A stretch of 64,000 nt of DNA from positions 62,001 to 126,000 of the forward strand of contig CAXHJY010000080.1 of NCBI GenBank assembly GCA_964016885.1, read 5' to 3'. Each line of letters begins with the position of its first letter. Position 1 is the stretch's first letter. Source of the stretch: Eledone cirrhosa. Its lineage: Eukaryota. Both the position numbers and the translations under genes were made by a program. Shown piece after piece: positions 24,701-39,700 of the stretch. The notes beneath the pieces were generated by a model. It saw only the letters and a program-made list of their open reading frames with translations. It had not been told where the DNA came from and searched no databases.

Positions 24701-27700
24701 TGATACTATTACTAATATCCAATCCCTCAGTCATTTATCAATATTGCTTACTGCCATTATATAAAATATCAGCTTTATTAAATATCTAAGTCAGCTTTTA
24801 CAATTCCTGCAGTTAACAGTTCTAATAATATCAGTAAATATCCCATGTCATTGCGCTACATACCTTTCCCTTCCACCTTCTATAATGTATGTTATCCTAT
24901 GATAACTCCTATTGCTTTATTAACAATGACTCATCCATGCGATATCTGTTTGTCAGTTAGAATCAAATAACTGAAATTATATCTACCTTCTTTTTTAATA
25001 TTATTTATTATCAAGGTTGAAATATTCTGTACAATCTCTACAGTATATTTATATTCTAGTGATAACATTCCATATAACATTGACCTTCCAAATATATAAC
25101 ATTGATTATGAACTAATTTTTAATGACCCAATACTCTGGCTGTGTATTAGTTTTACTGTTTCATTCTACAATTATTTCTCTTATAATTAACAGATTATTT
25201 TCTTCAATAAGTCGTTGTATTTCTAGAATCTTTGAATGATACATATTAATAAAAACTAATGGAGACAAGATTGCTGTACACTCAATCTTCACAATTACCA
25301 GCATTTATTGATGTAATTACTCTGTATTTAACACAGCTAATATCTCTGCTTTAAAACCTAGACATAACTTCCTAATATATACCATTAAGTCATAGATCCT
25401 TTACTATATGTGAAGATAATCTACCAATATTCTTTATAATGCTTCTACAAAATATGATGCCATAACTGTTATGACAATACCTGCAGCATGTAATTCTGAT
25501 AACGTCTACCAATATACTGAATTAGTGTATAATATATCTTATTTGCTTCATGTCATTCTAGTGGAATTTTTGTTTATAAAATATAAAATTTCACTGTTGC
25601 CATATCTTCAGCTTTATGCATGTGTGAATTATTGTAAATAATAGAAACTGTATTTCTGTATAAATGAGTAGAATCATTGATAACCAGTGATTATGTAACG
25701 TTTGTGATATACTGGAAAGGTAACTGTGATATGAATGGAAGGCTGAATAATACTTTTCTTGTGACAAACTCTAACTTTCAGATATTCTTGTGACAAACTG
25801 TGACTTTCACACAAATACTAATAGATTTATTACAGAACAACACTTATAATATATAGAACACATTACATAACAATTATTTCAATATTATCACTGGAATATT
25901 AATTAGTTATTCACAGTCAGCTATTGGAGATTAAACAGAAATATATATATATATAGTAACATATTTCAAAATATCAACATTTACATATTCTTATGAATAT
26001 ATAAAATATATTTCAATATTTCAGATTATCTAGCAATGTCTTACTAACAGATTTCACATCATATCTTTAAACTTACAACAATATTTTATTTCTCGCAGTT
26101 GTTGAAAAAACTCCAGCACCTGCTATTACATTACCAACTAAGGGTAAGGCCCTTGTACTCCTCAACATACTCTTTTATGTTATATTGATATCTTTATGTC
26201 TATGTTAATCATAGCTACCTCTTTCTTTGTCAATCTCTTATTTCTATATATAAACATTCATTGATCTGTCAGATGTTGTCAATATAATTCAGTAAATTAT
26301 ACTGTCTATCAGTAAAGTTCAATATATTTATCTATAGATGTAGTTATATCTTTTGTCTCTGTGATATATGTTTGGTATGTTTTCTATATTTGTTATTTCT
26401 AAGATACCATCTTGAAATATTTCTTATTATTTGTTTGATCTCCTGACAATGTAGTCTCCTCATATGTGGTCTGTAGTTTCATGTTGTGTTGTTTATTTGG
26501 AATATTGTTTTATGTAGAGTTGTTATTGTTTTGTTGTAGTGTTTTGGTAACAATTCAAACCATATCTTGTTATGTGAAGTTATATCTTACCTTAATAAGT
26601 TGATTTCTATATTGATATATTGTTTTTGTTGATTCTTTGTTATGTGACAGTATATCCCTATGTACCAGTTGATGGTTTGTTATGTATCAGAATATATAGT
26701 TATGTTGTAATATTATTTCAATATTACCCTGTCACCATCTTAACTGTTATGTACTGTATCAATACAATGTACATGTAATGTAACATATTGTTCTGTTATG
26801 TCACTCAGTCTATGTTAAAAGATAATGTTAGATTTATCTATCAACCACTCTACATTATTCTATTAGTTAAAAACTTATTATAATGTTCTCCAGGTGGCTG
26901 CGGCAATACAAAATCTGACATCATCTTCATTTTGGATTCCTCAACTAGTGTCCAAGCAGAAAATTTTCAGAAAATGCTCGATTTTGTAGTTGACTTTGTC
27001 TCTGCTGCTGATATTGACAGTGGCAATGTTAGAATCGGTGCAGTACTCTACAGTACAGATGTGAAAATACAATTCCATTTAAATGATTTCCAAAGTAAAC
27101 AAGAAATGATCAAGGCAGTTGGTGAAATTGCCTATGTTTATGGTAGTACAAACACTTATGGTGGACTAAACACAATGAGGACAGTAATGTTTACAAGAGA
27201 GAATGGTGACAGGCCATCTGTTGACAATATTGCCATACTTCTTACTGATGGTGTATCAAATATCAATTCATATCAGACTATTCCAGAAGCAGTGAAAGTT
27301 AGAGAAGATGGCATCCATATATATGCTATAGGTATTGGTCTAACTGATACTACAGAATTGAGCAAGATTTCATCACTTCCTGTCAGTGAAAATATGTTTG
27401 TTGTCACTGATTTCAACGAATTATCGAATCTCAAGGAAAGAATCTTTGAACAATATTGCCCAGGTATAGCAATTAGCATGTGATAACAAAGTGATACTGT
27501 ACTTGATACTATTACTAATATCCAATCCCTCAGTCATTTATCAATATTGCTTACTGCCATTATATAAAATATCAGCTTTATTAAATATCTAAGTCAGCTT
27601 TTACAATTCCTGCAGTTAACAGTTCTAATAATATCAGTAAATATCCCATGTCATTGCGCTACATACCTTTCCCTTCCACCTTCTATAATGTATGTTATCC

Positions 27701-30700
27701 TATGATAACTCCTATTGCTTTATTAACAATGACTCATCCATGCGATATCTGTTTGTCAGTTAGAATCAAATAACTGAAATTATATCTACCTTCTTTTTTA
27801 ATATTATTTATTATCAAGGTTGAAATATTCTGTACAATCTCTACAGTATATTTATATTCTAGTGATAACATTCCATATAACATTGACCTTCCAAATATAT
27901 AACATTGATTATGAACTAATTTTTAATGACCCAATACTCTGGCTGTGTATTAGTTTTACTGTTTCATTCTACAATTATTTCTCTTATAATTAACAGATTA
28001 TTTTCTTCAATAAGTCGTTATATTTCTAGAATCTTAGAATGATTCATATTAATAAAAACTAATGGAGACAAGATTGCTGTACACTCAATCTTCACAATTA
28101 CCAGCATTTATTGATGTAATTACTCTGTATTTAACACAGCTAATATCTCTGCTTTAAAACCTAGACATAAATTCCTAATATATACCATTAAGTCATAGAT
28201 CCTTTACTATATGTGAAGATAATCTACCAATATTCTTTATAATGCTTCTACAAAATATGATGCCATAACTGTTATGACAATACCTGCAGCATGTAATTGT
28301 GATAACGTCTACCAATATACTGAATTAGTGTATAATATATCTTATTTGCTTCATGTCATTCTAGTGGAATTTTTGTTTATAAAATATAAAATTTCACTGT
28401 TGCCATATCTTCAGCTTTATGCATGTGTGAATTATTGTAAATAATAGAAACTGTATTTCTGTATAAATGAGTAGAATCATTGATAACCAGTGATTATGTA
28501 ACTTTTGTGATATACTGGAAAGGTAACTGTGATATGAATGGAAGGCTGAATAATACTTTTCTTGTGACAAACTCTAACTTTCAGATATTCTTGTGACAAA
28601 CTGTGACTTTCACACAAATACTAATAGATTTATTACAGAACAACACTTATAATATATAGAACACATTACATAACAATTATTTCAATATTATCACTGGAAT
28701 ATTAATTAGTTATTCACAGTCAGCTATTGGAGATTAAACAGAAATATATATATATATAGTAACATATTTCAAAATATCAACATTTACATATTCTTATGAA
28801 TATATAAAATATATTTCAATATTTCAGATTATCTAGCAATGTCTTACTAACAGATTTCACATCATATCTTTAAACTTACAACAATATTTTATTTCTCGCA
28901 GTTGTTGAAAAAACTCCAGCACCTGCTATTACATTACCAACTAAGGGTAAGGCCCTTGTACTCCTCAACATACTCTTTTATGTTATATTGATATCTTTAT
29001 GTCTATGTTAATCATAGCTACCTCTTTCTTTGTCAATCTCTTATTTCTATATATAAACATTCATTGATCTGTCAGATGTTGTCAATATAATTCAGTAAAT
29101 TATACTGTCTATCAGTAAAGTTCAATATATTTATCTATAGATGTAGTTATATCTTTTGTCTCTGTGATATATGTTTGGTATGTTTTCTATATTTGTTATT
29201 TCTAAGATACCATCTTGAAATATTTCTTATTATTTGTTTGATCTCCTGACAATGTAGTCTCCTCATATGTGGTCTGTAGTTTCATGTTGTGTTGTTTATT
29301 TGGAATATTGTTTTATGTAGAGTTGTTATTGTTTTGTTGTAGTGTTTTGGTAACAATTCAAACCATATCTTGTTATGTGAAGTTATATCTTACCTTAATA
29401 AGTTGATTTCTATATTGATATATTGTTTTTGTTGATTCTTTGTTATGTGACAGTATATCCCTATGTACCAGTTGATGGTTTGTTATGTATCAGAATATAT
29501 AGTTATGTTGTAATATTATTTCAATATTACCCTGTCACCATCTTAACTGTTATGTACTGTATCAATACAATGTACATGTAATGTAACATATTGTTCTGTT
29601 ATGTCACTCAGTCTATGTTAAAAGATAATGTTAGATTTATCTATCAACCACTCTACATTATTCTATTAGTTAAAAACTTATTATAATGTTCTCCAGGTGG
29701 CTGCGGCAATACAAAATCTGACATCATCTTCATTTTGGATTCCTCAACTAGTGTCCAAGCAGAAAATTTTCAGAAAATGCTCGATTTTGTAGTTGACTTT
29801 GTCTCTGCTGCTGATATTGACAGTGGCAATGTTAGAATCGGTGCAGTACTCTACAGTACAGATGTGAAAATACAATTCCATTTAAATGATTTCCAAAGTA
29901 AACAAGAAATGATCAAGGCAGTTGGTGAAATTGCCTATGTTTATGGTAGTACAAACACTTATGGTGGACTAAACACAATGAGGACAGTAATGTTTACAAG
30001 AGAGAATGGTGACAGGCCATCTGTTGACAATATTGCCATACTTCTTACTGATGGTGTATCAAATATCAATTCATATCAGACTATTCCAGAAGCAGTGAAA
30101 GTTAGAGAAGATGGCATCCATATATATGCTATAGGTATTGGTCTAACTGATACTACAGAATTGAGCAAGATTTCATCACTTCCTGTCAGTGAAAATATGT
30201 TTGTTGTCACTGATTTCAACGAATTATCGAATCTCAAGGAAAGAATCTTTGAACAATATTGCCCAGGTATAGCAATTAGCATGTGATAACAAAGTGATAC
30301 TGTACTTGATACTATTACTAATATCCAATCCCTCAGTCATTTATCAATATTGCTTACTGCCATTATATAAAATATCAGCTTTATTAAATATCTAAGTCAG
30401 CTTTTACAATTCCTGCAGTTAACAGTTCTAATAATATCAGTAAATATCCCATGTCATTGCGCTACATACCTTTCCCTTCCACCTTCTATAATGTATGTTA
30501 TCCTATGATAACTCCTATTGCTTTATTAACAATGACTCATCCATGCGATATCTGTTTGTCAGTTAGAATCAAATAACTGAAATTATATCTACCTTCTTTT
30601 TTAATATTATTTATTATCAAGGTTGAAATATTCTGTACAATCTCTACAGTATATTTATATTCTAGTGATAACATTCCATATAACATTGACCTTCCAAATA

Positions 30701-33700
30701 TATAACATTGATTATGAACTAATTTTTAATGACCCAATACTCTGGCTGTGTATTAGTTTTACTGTTTCATTCTACAATTATTTCTCTTATAATTAACAGA
30801 TTATTTTCTTCAATAAGTCGTTATATTTCTAGAATCTTAGAATGATTCATATTAATAAAAACTAATGGAGACAAGATTGCTGTACACTCAATCTTCACAA
30901 TTACCAGCATTTATTGATGTAATTACTCTGTATTTAACACAGCTAATATCTCTGCTTTAAAACCTAGACATAAATTCCTAATATATACCATTAAGTCATA
31001 GATCCTTTACTATATGTGAAGATAATCTACCAATATTCTTTATAATGCTTCTACAAAATATGATGCCATAACTGTTATGACAATACCTGCAGCATGTAAT
31101 TGTGATAACGTCTACCAATATACTGAATTAGTGTATAATATATCTTATTTGCTTCATGTCATTCTAGTGGAATTTTTGTTTATAAAATATAAAATTTCAC
31201 TGTTGCCATATCTTCAGCTTTATGCATGTGTGAATTATTGTAAATAATAGAAACTGTATTTCTGTATAAATGAGTAGAATCATTGATAACCAGTGATTAT
31301 GTAACGTTTGTGATATACTGGAAAGGTAACTGTGATATGAATGGAAGGCTGAATAATACTTTTCTTGTGACAAACTCTAACTTTCAGATATTCTTGTGAC
31401 AAACTGTGACTTTCACACAAATACTAATAGATTTATTACAGAACAACACTTATAATATATAGAACACATTACATAACAATTATTTCAATATTATCACTGG
31501 AATATTAATTAGTTATTCACAGTCAGCTATTGGAGATTAAACAGAAATATATATATATATAGTAACATATTTCAAAATATCAACATTTACATATTCTTAT
31601 GAATATATAAAATATATTTCAATATTTCAGATTATCTAGCAATGTCTTACTAACAGATTTCACATCATATCTTTAAACTTACAACAATATTTTATTTCTC
31701 GCAGTTGTTGAAAAAACTCCAGCACCTGCTATTACATTACCAACTAAGGGTAAGGCCCTTGTACTCCTCAACATACTCTTTTATGTTATATTGATATCTT
31801 TATGTCTATGTTAATCATAGCTACCTCTTTCTTTGTCAATCTCTTATTTCTATATATAAACATTCATTGATCTGTCAGATGTTGTCAATATAATTCAGTA
31901 AATTATACTGTCTATCAGTAAAGTTCAATATATTTATCTATAGATGTAGTTATATCTTTTGTCTCTGTGATATATGTTTGGTATGTTTTCTATATTTGTT
32001 ATTTCTAAGATACCATCTTGAAATATTTCTTATTATTTGTTTGATCTCCTGACAATGTAGTCTCCTCATATGTGGTCTGTAGTTTCATGTTGTGTTGTTT
32101 ATTTGGAATATTGTTTTATGTAGAGTTGTTATTGTTTTGTTGTAGTGTTTTGGTAACAATTCAAACCATATCTTGTTATGTGAAGTTATATCTTACCTTA
32201 ATAAGTTGATTTCTATATTGATATATTGTTTTTGTTGATTCTTTGTTATGTGACAGTATATCCCTATGTACCAGTTGATGGTTTGTTATGTATCAGAATA
32301 TATAGTTATGTTGTAATATTATTTCAATATTACCCTGTCACCATCTTAACTGTTATGTACTGTATCAATACAATGTACATGTAATGTAACATATTGTTCT
32401 GTTATGTCACTCAGTCTATGTTAAAAGATAATGTTAGATTTATCTATCAACCACTCTACATTATTCTATTAGTTAAAAAATTATTATAATGTTCTCCAGG
32501 TGGCTGCGGCAATACAAAATCTGACATCATCTTCATTTTGGATTCCTCAACTAGTGTCCAAGCAGAAAATTTTCAGAAAATGCTCGATTTTGTAGTTGAC
32601 TTTGTCTCTGCTGCTGATATTGACAGTGGCAATGTTAGAATCGGTGCAGTACTCTACAGTACAGATGTGAAAATACAATTCCATTTAAATGATTTCCAAA
32701 GTAAACAAGAAATGATCAAGGCAGTTGGTGAAATTGCCTATGTTTATGGTAGTACAAACACTTATGGTGGACTAAACACAATGAGGACAGTAATGTTTAC
32801 AAGAGAGAATGGTGACAGGCCATCTGTTGACAATATTGCCATACTTCTTACTGATGGTGTATCAAATATCAATTCATATCAGACTATTCCAGAAGCAGTG
32901 AAAGTTAGAGAAGATGGCATCCATATATATGCTATAGGTATTGGTCTAACTGATACTACAGAATTGAGCAAGATTTCATCACTTCCTGTCAGTGAAAATA
33001 TGTTTGTTGTCACTGATTTCAACGAATTATCGAATCTCAAGGAAAGAATCTTTGAACAATATTGCCCAGGTATAGCAATTAGCATGTGATAACAAAGTGA
33101 TACTGTACTTGATACTATTACTAATATCCAATCCCTCAGTCATTTATCAATATTGCTTACTGCCATTATATAAAATATCAGCTTTATTAAATATCTAAGT
33201 CAGCTTTTACAATTCCTGCAGTTAACAGTTCTAATAATATCAGTAAATATCCCATGTCATTGCGCTACATACCTTTCCCTTCCACCTTCTATAATGTATG
33301 TTATCCTATGATAACTCCTATTGCTTTATTAACAATGACTCATCCATGCGATATCTGTTTGTCAGTTAGAATCAAATAACTGAAATTATATCTACCTTCT
33401 TTTTTAATATTATTTATTATCAAGGTTGAAATATTCTGTACAATCTCTACAGTATATTTATATTCTAGTGATAACATTCCATATAACATTGACCTTCCAA
33501 ATATATAACATTGATTATGAACTAATTTTTAATGACCCAATACTCTGGCTGTGTATTAGTTTTACTGTTTCATTCTACAATTATTTCTCTTATAATTAAC
33601 AGATTATTTTCTTCAATAAGTCGTTATATTTCTAGAATCTTAGAATGATTCATATTAATAAAAACTAATGGAGACAAGATTGCTGTACACTCAATCTTCA

Positions 33701-36700
33701 CAATTACCAGCATTTATTGATGTAATTACTCTGTATTTAACACAGCTAATATCTCTGCTTTAAAACCTAGACATAAATTCCTAATATATACCATTAAGTC
33801 ATAGATCCTTTACTATATGTGAAGATAATCTACCAATATTCTTTATAATGCTTCTACAAAATATGATGCCATAACTGTTATGACAATACCTGCAGCATGT
33901 AATTGTGATAACGTCTACCAATATACTGAATTAGTGTATAATATATCTTATTTGCTTCATGTCATTCTAGTGGAATTTTTGTTTATAAAATATAAAATTT
34001 CACTGTTGCCATATCTTCAGCTTTATGCATGTGTGAATTATTGTAAATAATAGAAACTGTATTTCTGTATAAATGAGTAGAATCATTGATAACCAGTGAT
34101 TATGTAACTTTTGTGATATACTGGAAAGGTAACTGTGATATGAATGGAAGGCTGAATAATACTTTTCTTGTGACAAACTCTAACTTTCAGATATTCTTGT
34201 GACAAACTGTGACTTTCACACAAATACTAATAGATTTATTACAGAACAACACTTATAATATATAGAACACATTACATAACAATTATTTCAATATTATCAC
34301 TGGAATATTAATTAGTTATTCACAGTCAGCTATTGGAGATTAAACAGAAATATATATATATATAGTAACATATTTCAAAATATCAACATTTACATATTCT
34401 TATGAATATATAAAATATATTTCAATATTTCAGATTATCTAGCAATGTCTTACTAACAGATTTCACATCATATCTTTAAACTTACAACAATATTTTATTT
34501 CTCGCAGTTGTTGAAAAAACTCCAGCACCTGCTATTACATTACCAACTAAGGGTAAGGCCCTTGTACTCCTCAACATACTCTTTTATGTTATATTGATAT
34601 CTTTATGTCTATGTTAATCATAGCTACCTCTTTCTTTGTCAATCTCTTATTTCTATATATAAACATTCATTGATCTGTCAGATGTTGTCAATATAATTCA
34701 GTAAATTATACTGTCTATCAGTAAAGTTCAATATATTTATCTATAGATGTAGTTATATCTTTTGTCTCTGTGATATATGTTTGGTATGTTTTCTATATTT
34801 GTTATTTCTAAGATACCATCTTGAAATATTTCTTATTATTTGTTTGATCTTCTGACAATGTAGTCTCCTCATATGTGGTCTGTAGTTTCATGTTGTGTTG
34901 TTTATTTGGAATATTGTTTTATGTAGAGTTGTTATTGTTTTGTTGTAGTGTTTTGATAACAATTCAAACCATATCTTGTTATGTGAAGTTATATCTTACC
35001 TTAATAAGTTGATTTCTATATTGATATATTGTTTTTGTTGATTCTTTGTTATGTGACAATATATCCCTATGTACCAGTTGATGGTTTGTTATGTATCAGA
35101 ATATATAGTTATGTTGTAATATTATTTCAATATTACCCTGTCACCATCTTAACTGTTATGTACTGTATCAATACAATGTACATGTAATGTAACATATTGT
35201 TCTGTTATGTCACTCAGTCTATGTTAAAAGATAATGTTAGATTTATCTATCAGCCACTCTACATTATTCTATTAGTTAAAAACTTATTATAATGTTCTCC
35301 AGGTGGCTGCGGCAATACAAAATCTGACATCATCTTCATTTTGGATTCCTCAACTAGTGTTCAAGCAGAAAATTTTCAGAAAATGCTCGATTTTGTAGTT
35401 GACTTTGTCTCTGCTGCTGATATTGACAGTGGCAATGTTAGAATCGGTGCAGTACTCTACAGTACAGATGTGAAAATACAATTCCATTTAAATGATTTCC
35501 AAAGTAAACAACAAATGATCAAGGCAGTTGGTGAAATTGCCTATGTTTATGGTAGTACAAACACTTATGGTGGACTAAACACAATGAGGACAGTAATGTT
35601 TACAAGAGAGAATGGTGACAGGCCATCTGTTGACAATATTGCCATACTTCTTACTGATGGTGTATCAAATATCAATTCATATCAGACTATTCCAGAAGCA
35701 GTGAAAGTTAGAGAAGATGGCATCCATATATATGCTATAGGTATTGGTCTAACTGATACTACAGAATTGAGCAAGATTTCATCACTTCCTGTCAGTGAAA
35801 ATATGTTTGTTGTCACTGATTTCAACGAATTATCGAATCTCAAGGAAAGAATCTTTGAACAATATTGCCCAGGTATAGCAATTAGCATGTGATAACAAAG
35901 TCATACTGTACTTGATACTATTACTAATATCCAATCCCTCAGTCATTTATCAATATTGCTTACTGCCATTATATAAAATATCAGCTTTATTAAATATCTA
36001 AGTCAGCTTTTACAATTCCTGCAGTTAACAGTTCTAATAATATCAGTAAATATCCCATGTCATTGCGCTACATACCTTTCCCTTCCACCTTCTATAATGT
36101 ATGTTATCCTATGATAACTCCTATTGCTTTATTAACAATGACTCATCCATGCGATATCTGTTTGTCAGTTAGAATCAAATAACTGAAATTATATCTACCT
36201 TCTTTTTTAATATTATTTATTATCAAGGTTGAAATATTCTGTACAATCTCTACAGTATATTTATATTCTAGTGATAACATTCCATATAACATTGACCTTC
36301 CAAATATATAACATTGATTATGAACTAATTTTTAATGACCCAATACTCTGGCTGTGTATTAGTTTTACTGTTTCATTCTACAATTATTTCTCTTATAATT
36401 AACAGATTATTTTCTTCAATAAGTCGTTGTATTTCTAGAATCTTTGAATGATACATATTAATAAAAACTAATGGAGACAAGATTGCTGTACACTCAATCT
36501 TCACAATTACCAGCATTTATTGATGTAATTACTCTGTATTTAACACAGCTAATATCTCTGCTTTAAAACCTAGACATAAATTCCTAATATATACCATTAA
36601 GTCATAGATCCTTTACTATATGTGAAGATAATCTACCAATATTCTTTATAATGCTTCTACAAAATATGATGCCATAACTGTTATGACAATACCTGCAGCA

Positions 36701-39700
36701 TGTAATTCTGATAACGTCTACCAATATACTGAATTAGTGTATAATATATCTTATTTGCTTCATGTCATTCTAGTGGAATTTTTGTTTATAAAATATAAAA
36801 TTTCACTGTTGCCATATCTTCAGCTTTATGCATGTGTGAATTATTGTAAATAATAGAAACTGTATTTCTGTATAAATGAGTAGAATCATTGATAACCAGT
36901 GATTATGTAACGTTTGTGATATACTGGAAAGGTAACTGTGATATGAATGGAAGGCTGAATAATACTTTTCTTGTGACAAACTCTAACTTTCAGATATTCT
37001 TGTGACAAACTGTGACTTTCACACAAATACTAATAGATTTATTACAGAACAACACTTATAATATATAGAACACATTACATAACAATTATTTCAATATTAT
37101 CACTGGAATATTAATTAGTTATTCACAGTCAGCTATTGGAGATTAAACAGAAATATATATATATATAGTAACATATTTCAAAATATCAACATTTACATAT
37201 TCTTATGAATATATAAAATATATTTCAATATTTCAGATTATCTAGCAATGTCTTACTAACAGATTTCACATCATATCTTTAAACTTACAACAATATTTTA
37301 TTTCTCGCAGTTGTTGAAAAAACTCCAGCACCTGCTATTACATTACCAACTAAGGGTAAGGCCCTTGTACTCCTCAACATACTCTTTTATGTTATATTGA
37401 TATCTTTATGTCTATGTTAATCATAGCTACCTCTTTCTTTGTCAATCTCTTATTTCTATATATAAACATTCATTGATCTGTCAGATGTTGTCAATATAAT
37501 TCAGTAAATTATACTGTCTATCAGTAAAGTTCAATATATTTATCTATAGATGTAGTTATATCTTTTGTCTCTGTGATATATGTTTGGTATGTTTTCTATA
37601 TTTGTTATTTCTAAGATACCATCTTGAAATATTTCTTATTATTTGTTTGATCTCCTGACAATGTAGTCTCCTCATATGTGGTCTGTAGTTTCATGTTGTG
37701 TTGTTTATTTGGAATATTGTTTTATGTAGAGTTGTTATTGTTTTGTTGTAGTGTTTTGGTAACAATTCAAACCATATCTTGTTATGTGAAGTTATATCTT
37801 ACCTTAATAAGTTGATTTCTATATTGATATATTGTTTTTGTTGATTCTTTGTTATGTGGCAGTATATCCCTATGTACCAGTTGATGGTTTGTTATGTATC
37901 AGAATATATAGTTATGTTGTAATATTATTTCAATATTACCATGTCACCATCTTAACTGTTCTGTACTGTATCAATACAATGTACATGTAATGTAACATAT
38001 TGTTCTGTTATGTCACTCAGTCTATGTTAAAAGATAATGTTAGATTTATCTATCAACCACTCTACATTATTCTATTAGTTAAAAAATTATTATAATGTTC
38101 TCCAGGTGGCTGCGGCAATACAAAATCTGACATCATCTTCATTTTGGATTCCTCAACTAGTGTCCAAGCAGAAAATTTTCAGAAAATGCTCGATTTTGTA
38201 GTTGACTTTGTCTCTGCTGCTGATATTGACAGTGGCAATGTTAGAATCGGTGCAGTACTCTACAGTACAGATGTGAAAATACAATTCCATTTAAATGATT
38301 TCCAAAGTAAACAAGAAATGATCAAGGCAGTTGGTGAAATTGCCTATGTTTATGGTAGTACAAACACTTATGGTGGACTAAACACAATGAGGACAGTAAT
38401 GTTTACAAGAGAGAATGGTGACAGGCCATCTGTTGACAATATTGCCATACTTCTTACTGATGGTGTATCAAATATCAATTCATATCAGACTATTCCAGAA
38501 GCAGTGAAAGTTAGAGAAGATGGCATCCATATATATGCTATAGGTATTGGTCTAACTGATACTACAGAATTGAGCAAGATTTCATCACTTCCTGTCAGTG
38601 AAAATATGTTTGTTGTCACTGATTTCAACGAATTATCGAATCTCAAGGAAAGAATCTTTGAACAATATTGCCCAGGTATAGCAATTAGCATGTGATAACA
38701 AAGTGATACTGTACTTGATACTATTACTAATATCCAATCCCTCAGTCATTTATCAATATTGCTTACTGCCATTATATAAAATATCAGCTTTATTAAATAT
38801 CTAAGTCAGCTTTTACAATTCCTGCAGTTAACAGTTCTAATAATATCAGTAAATATCCCATGTCATTGCGCTACATACCTTTCCCTTCCACCTTCTATAA
38901 TGTATGTTATCCTATGATAACTCCTATTGCTTTATTAACAATGACTCATCCATGCGATATCTGTTTGTCAGTTAGAATCAAATAACTGAAATTATATCTA
39001 CCTTCTTTTTTAATATTATTTATTATCAAGGTTGAAATATTCTGTACAATCTCTACAGTATATTTATATTCTAGTGATAACATTCCATATAACATTGACC
39101 TTCCAAATATATAACATTGATTATGAACTAATTTTTAATGACCCAATACTCTGGCTGTGTATTAGTTTTACTGTTTCATTCTACAATTATTTCTCTTATA
39201 ATTAACAGATTATTTTCTTCAATAAGTCGTTATATTTCTAGAATCTTTGAATGATACATATTAATAAAAACTAATGGAGACAAGATTGCTGTACACTCAA
39301 TCTTCACAATTACCAGCATTTATTGATGTAATTACTCTGTATTTAACACAGCTAATATCTCTGCTTTAAAACCTAGACATAAATTCCTAATATATACCAA
39401 TAAGTCATCGATCCTTTACAATATTTGAAGATAATCTACCAATATTCTTTATAATGCTTCTACAAAATATGATGCCATAACTGTTATGACAATACCTGCA
39501 GCATGTAATTGTGATAACGTCTACCAATATACTGAATTAGTGTATAATATATCTTATTTGCTTCATGTCAATCTAGTGGAATTTTTGTTTATAATATATA
39601 AAATTTCACTGTTGCCATATCTTCAGCTTTATGCATGTGTGAATTATTGTAAATAATAGAAACTGTATTTCTGTATAAATGTGTAGAATCATTGATAATC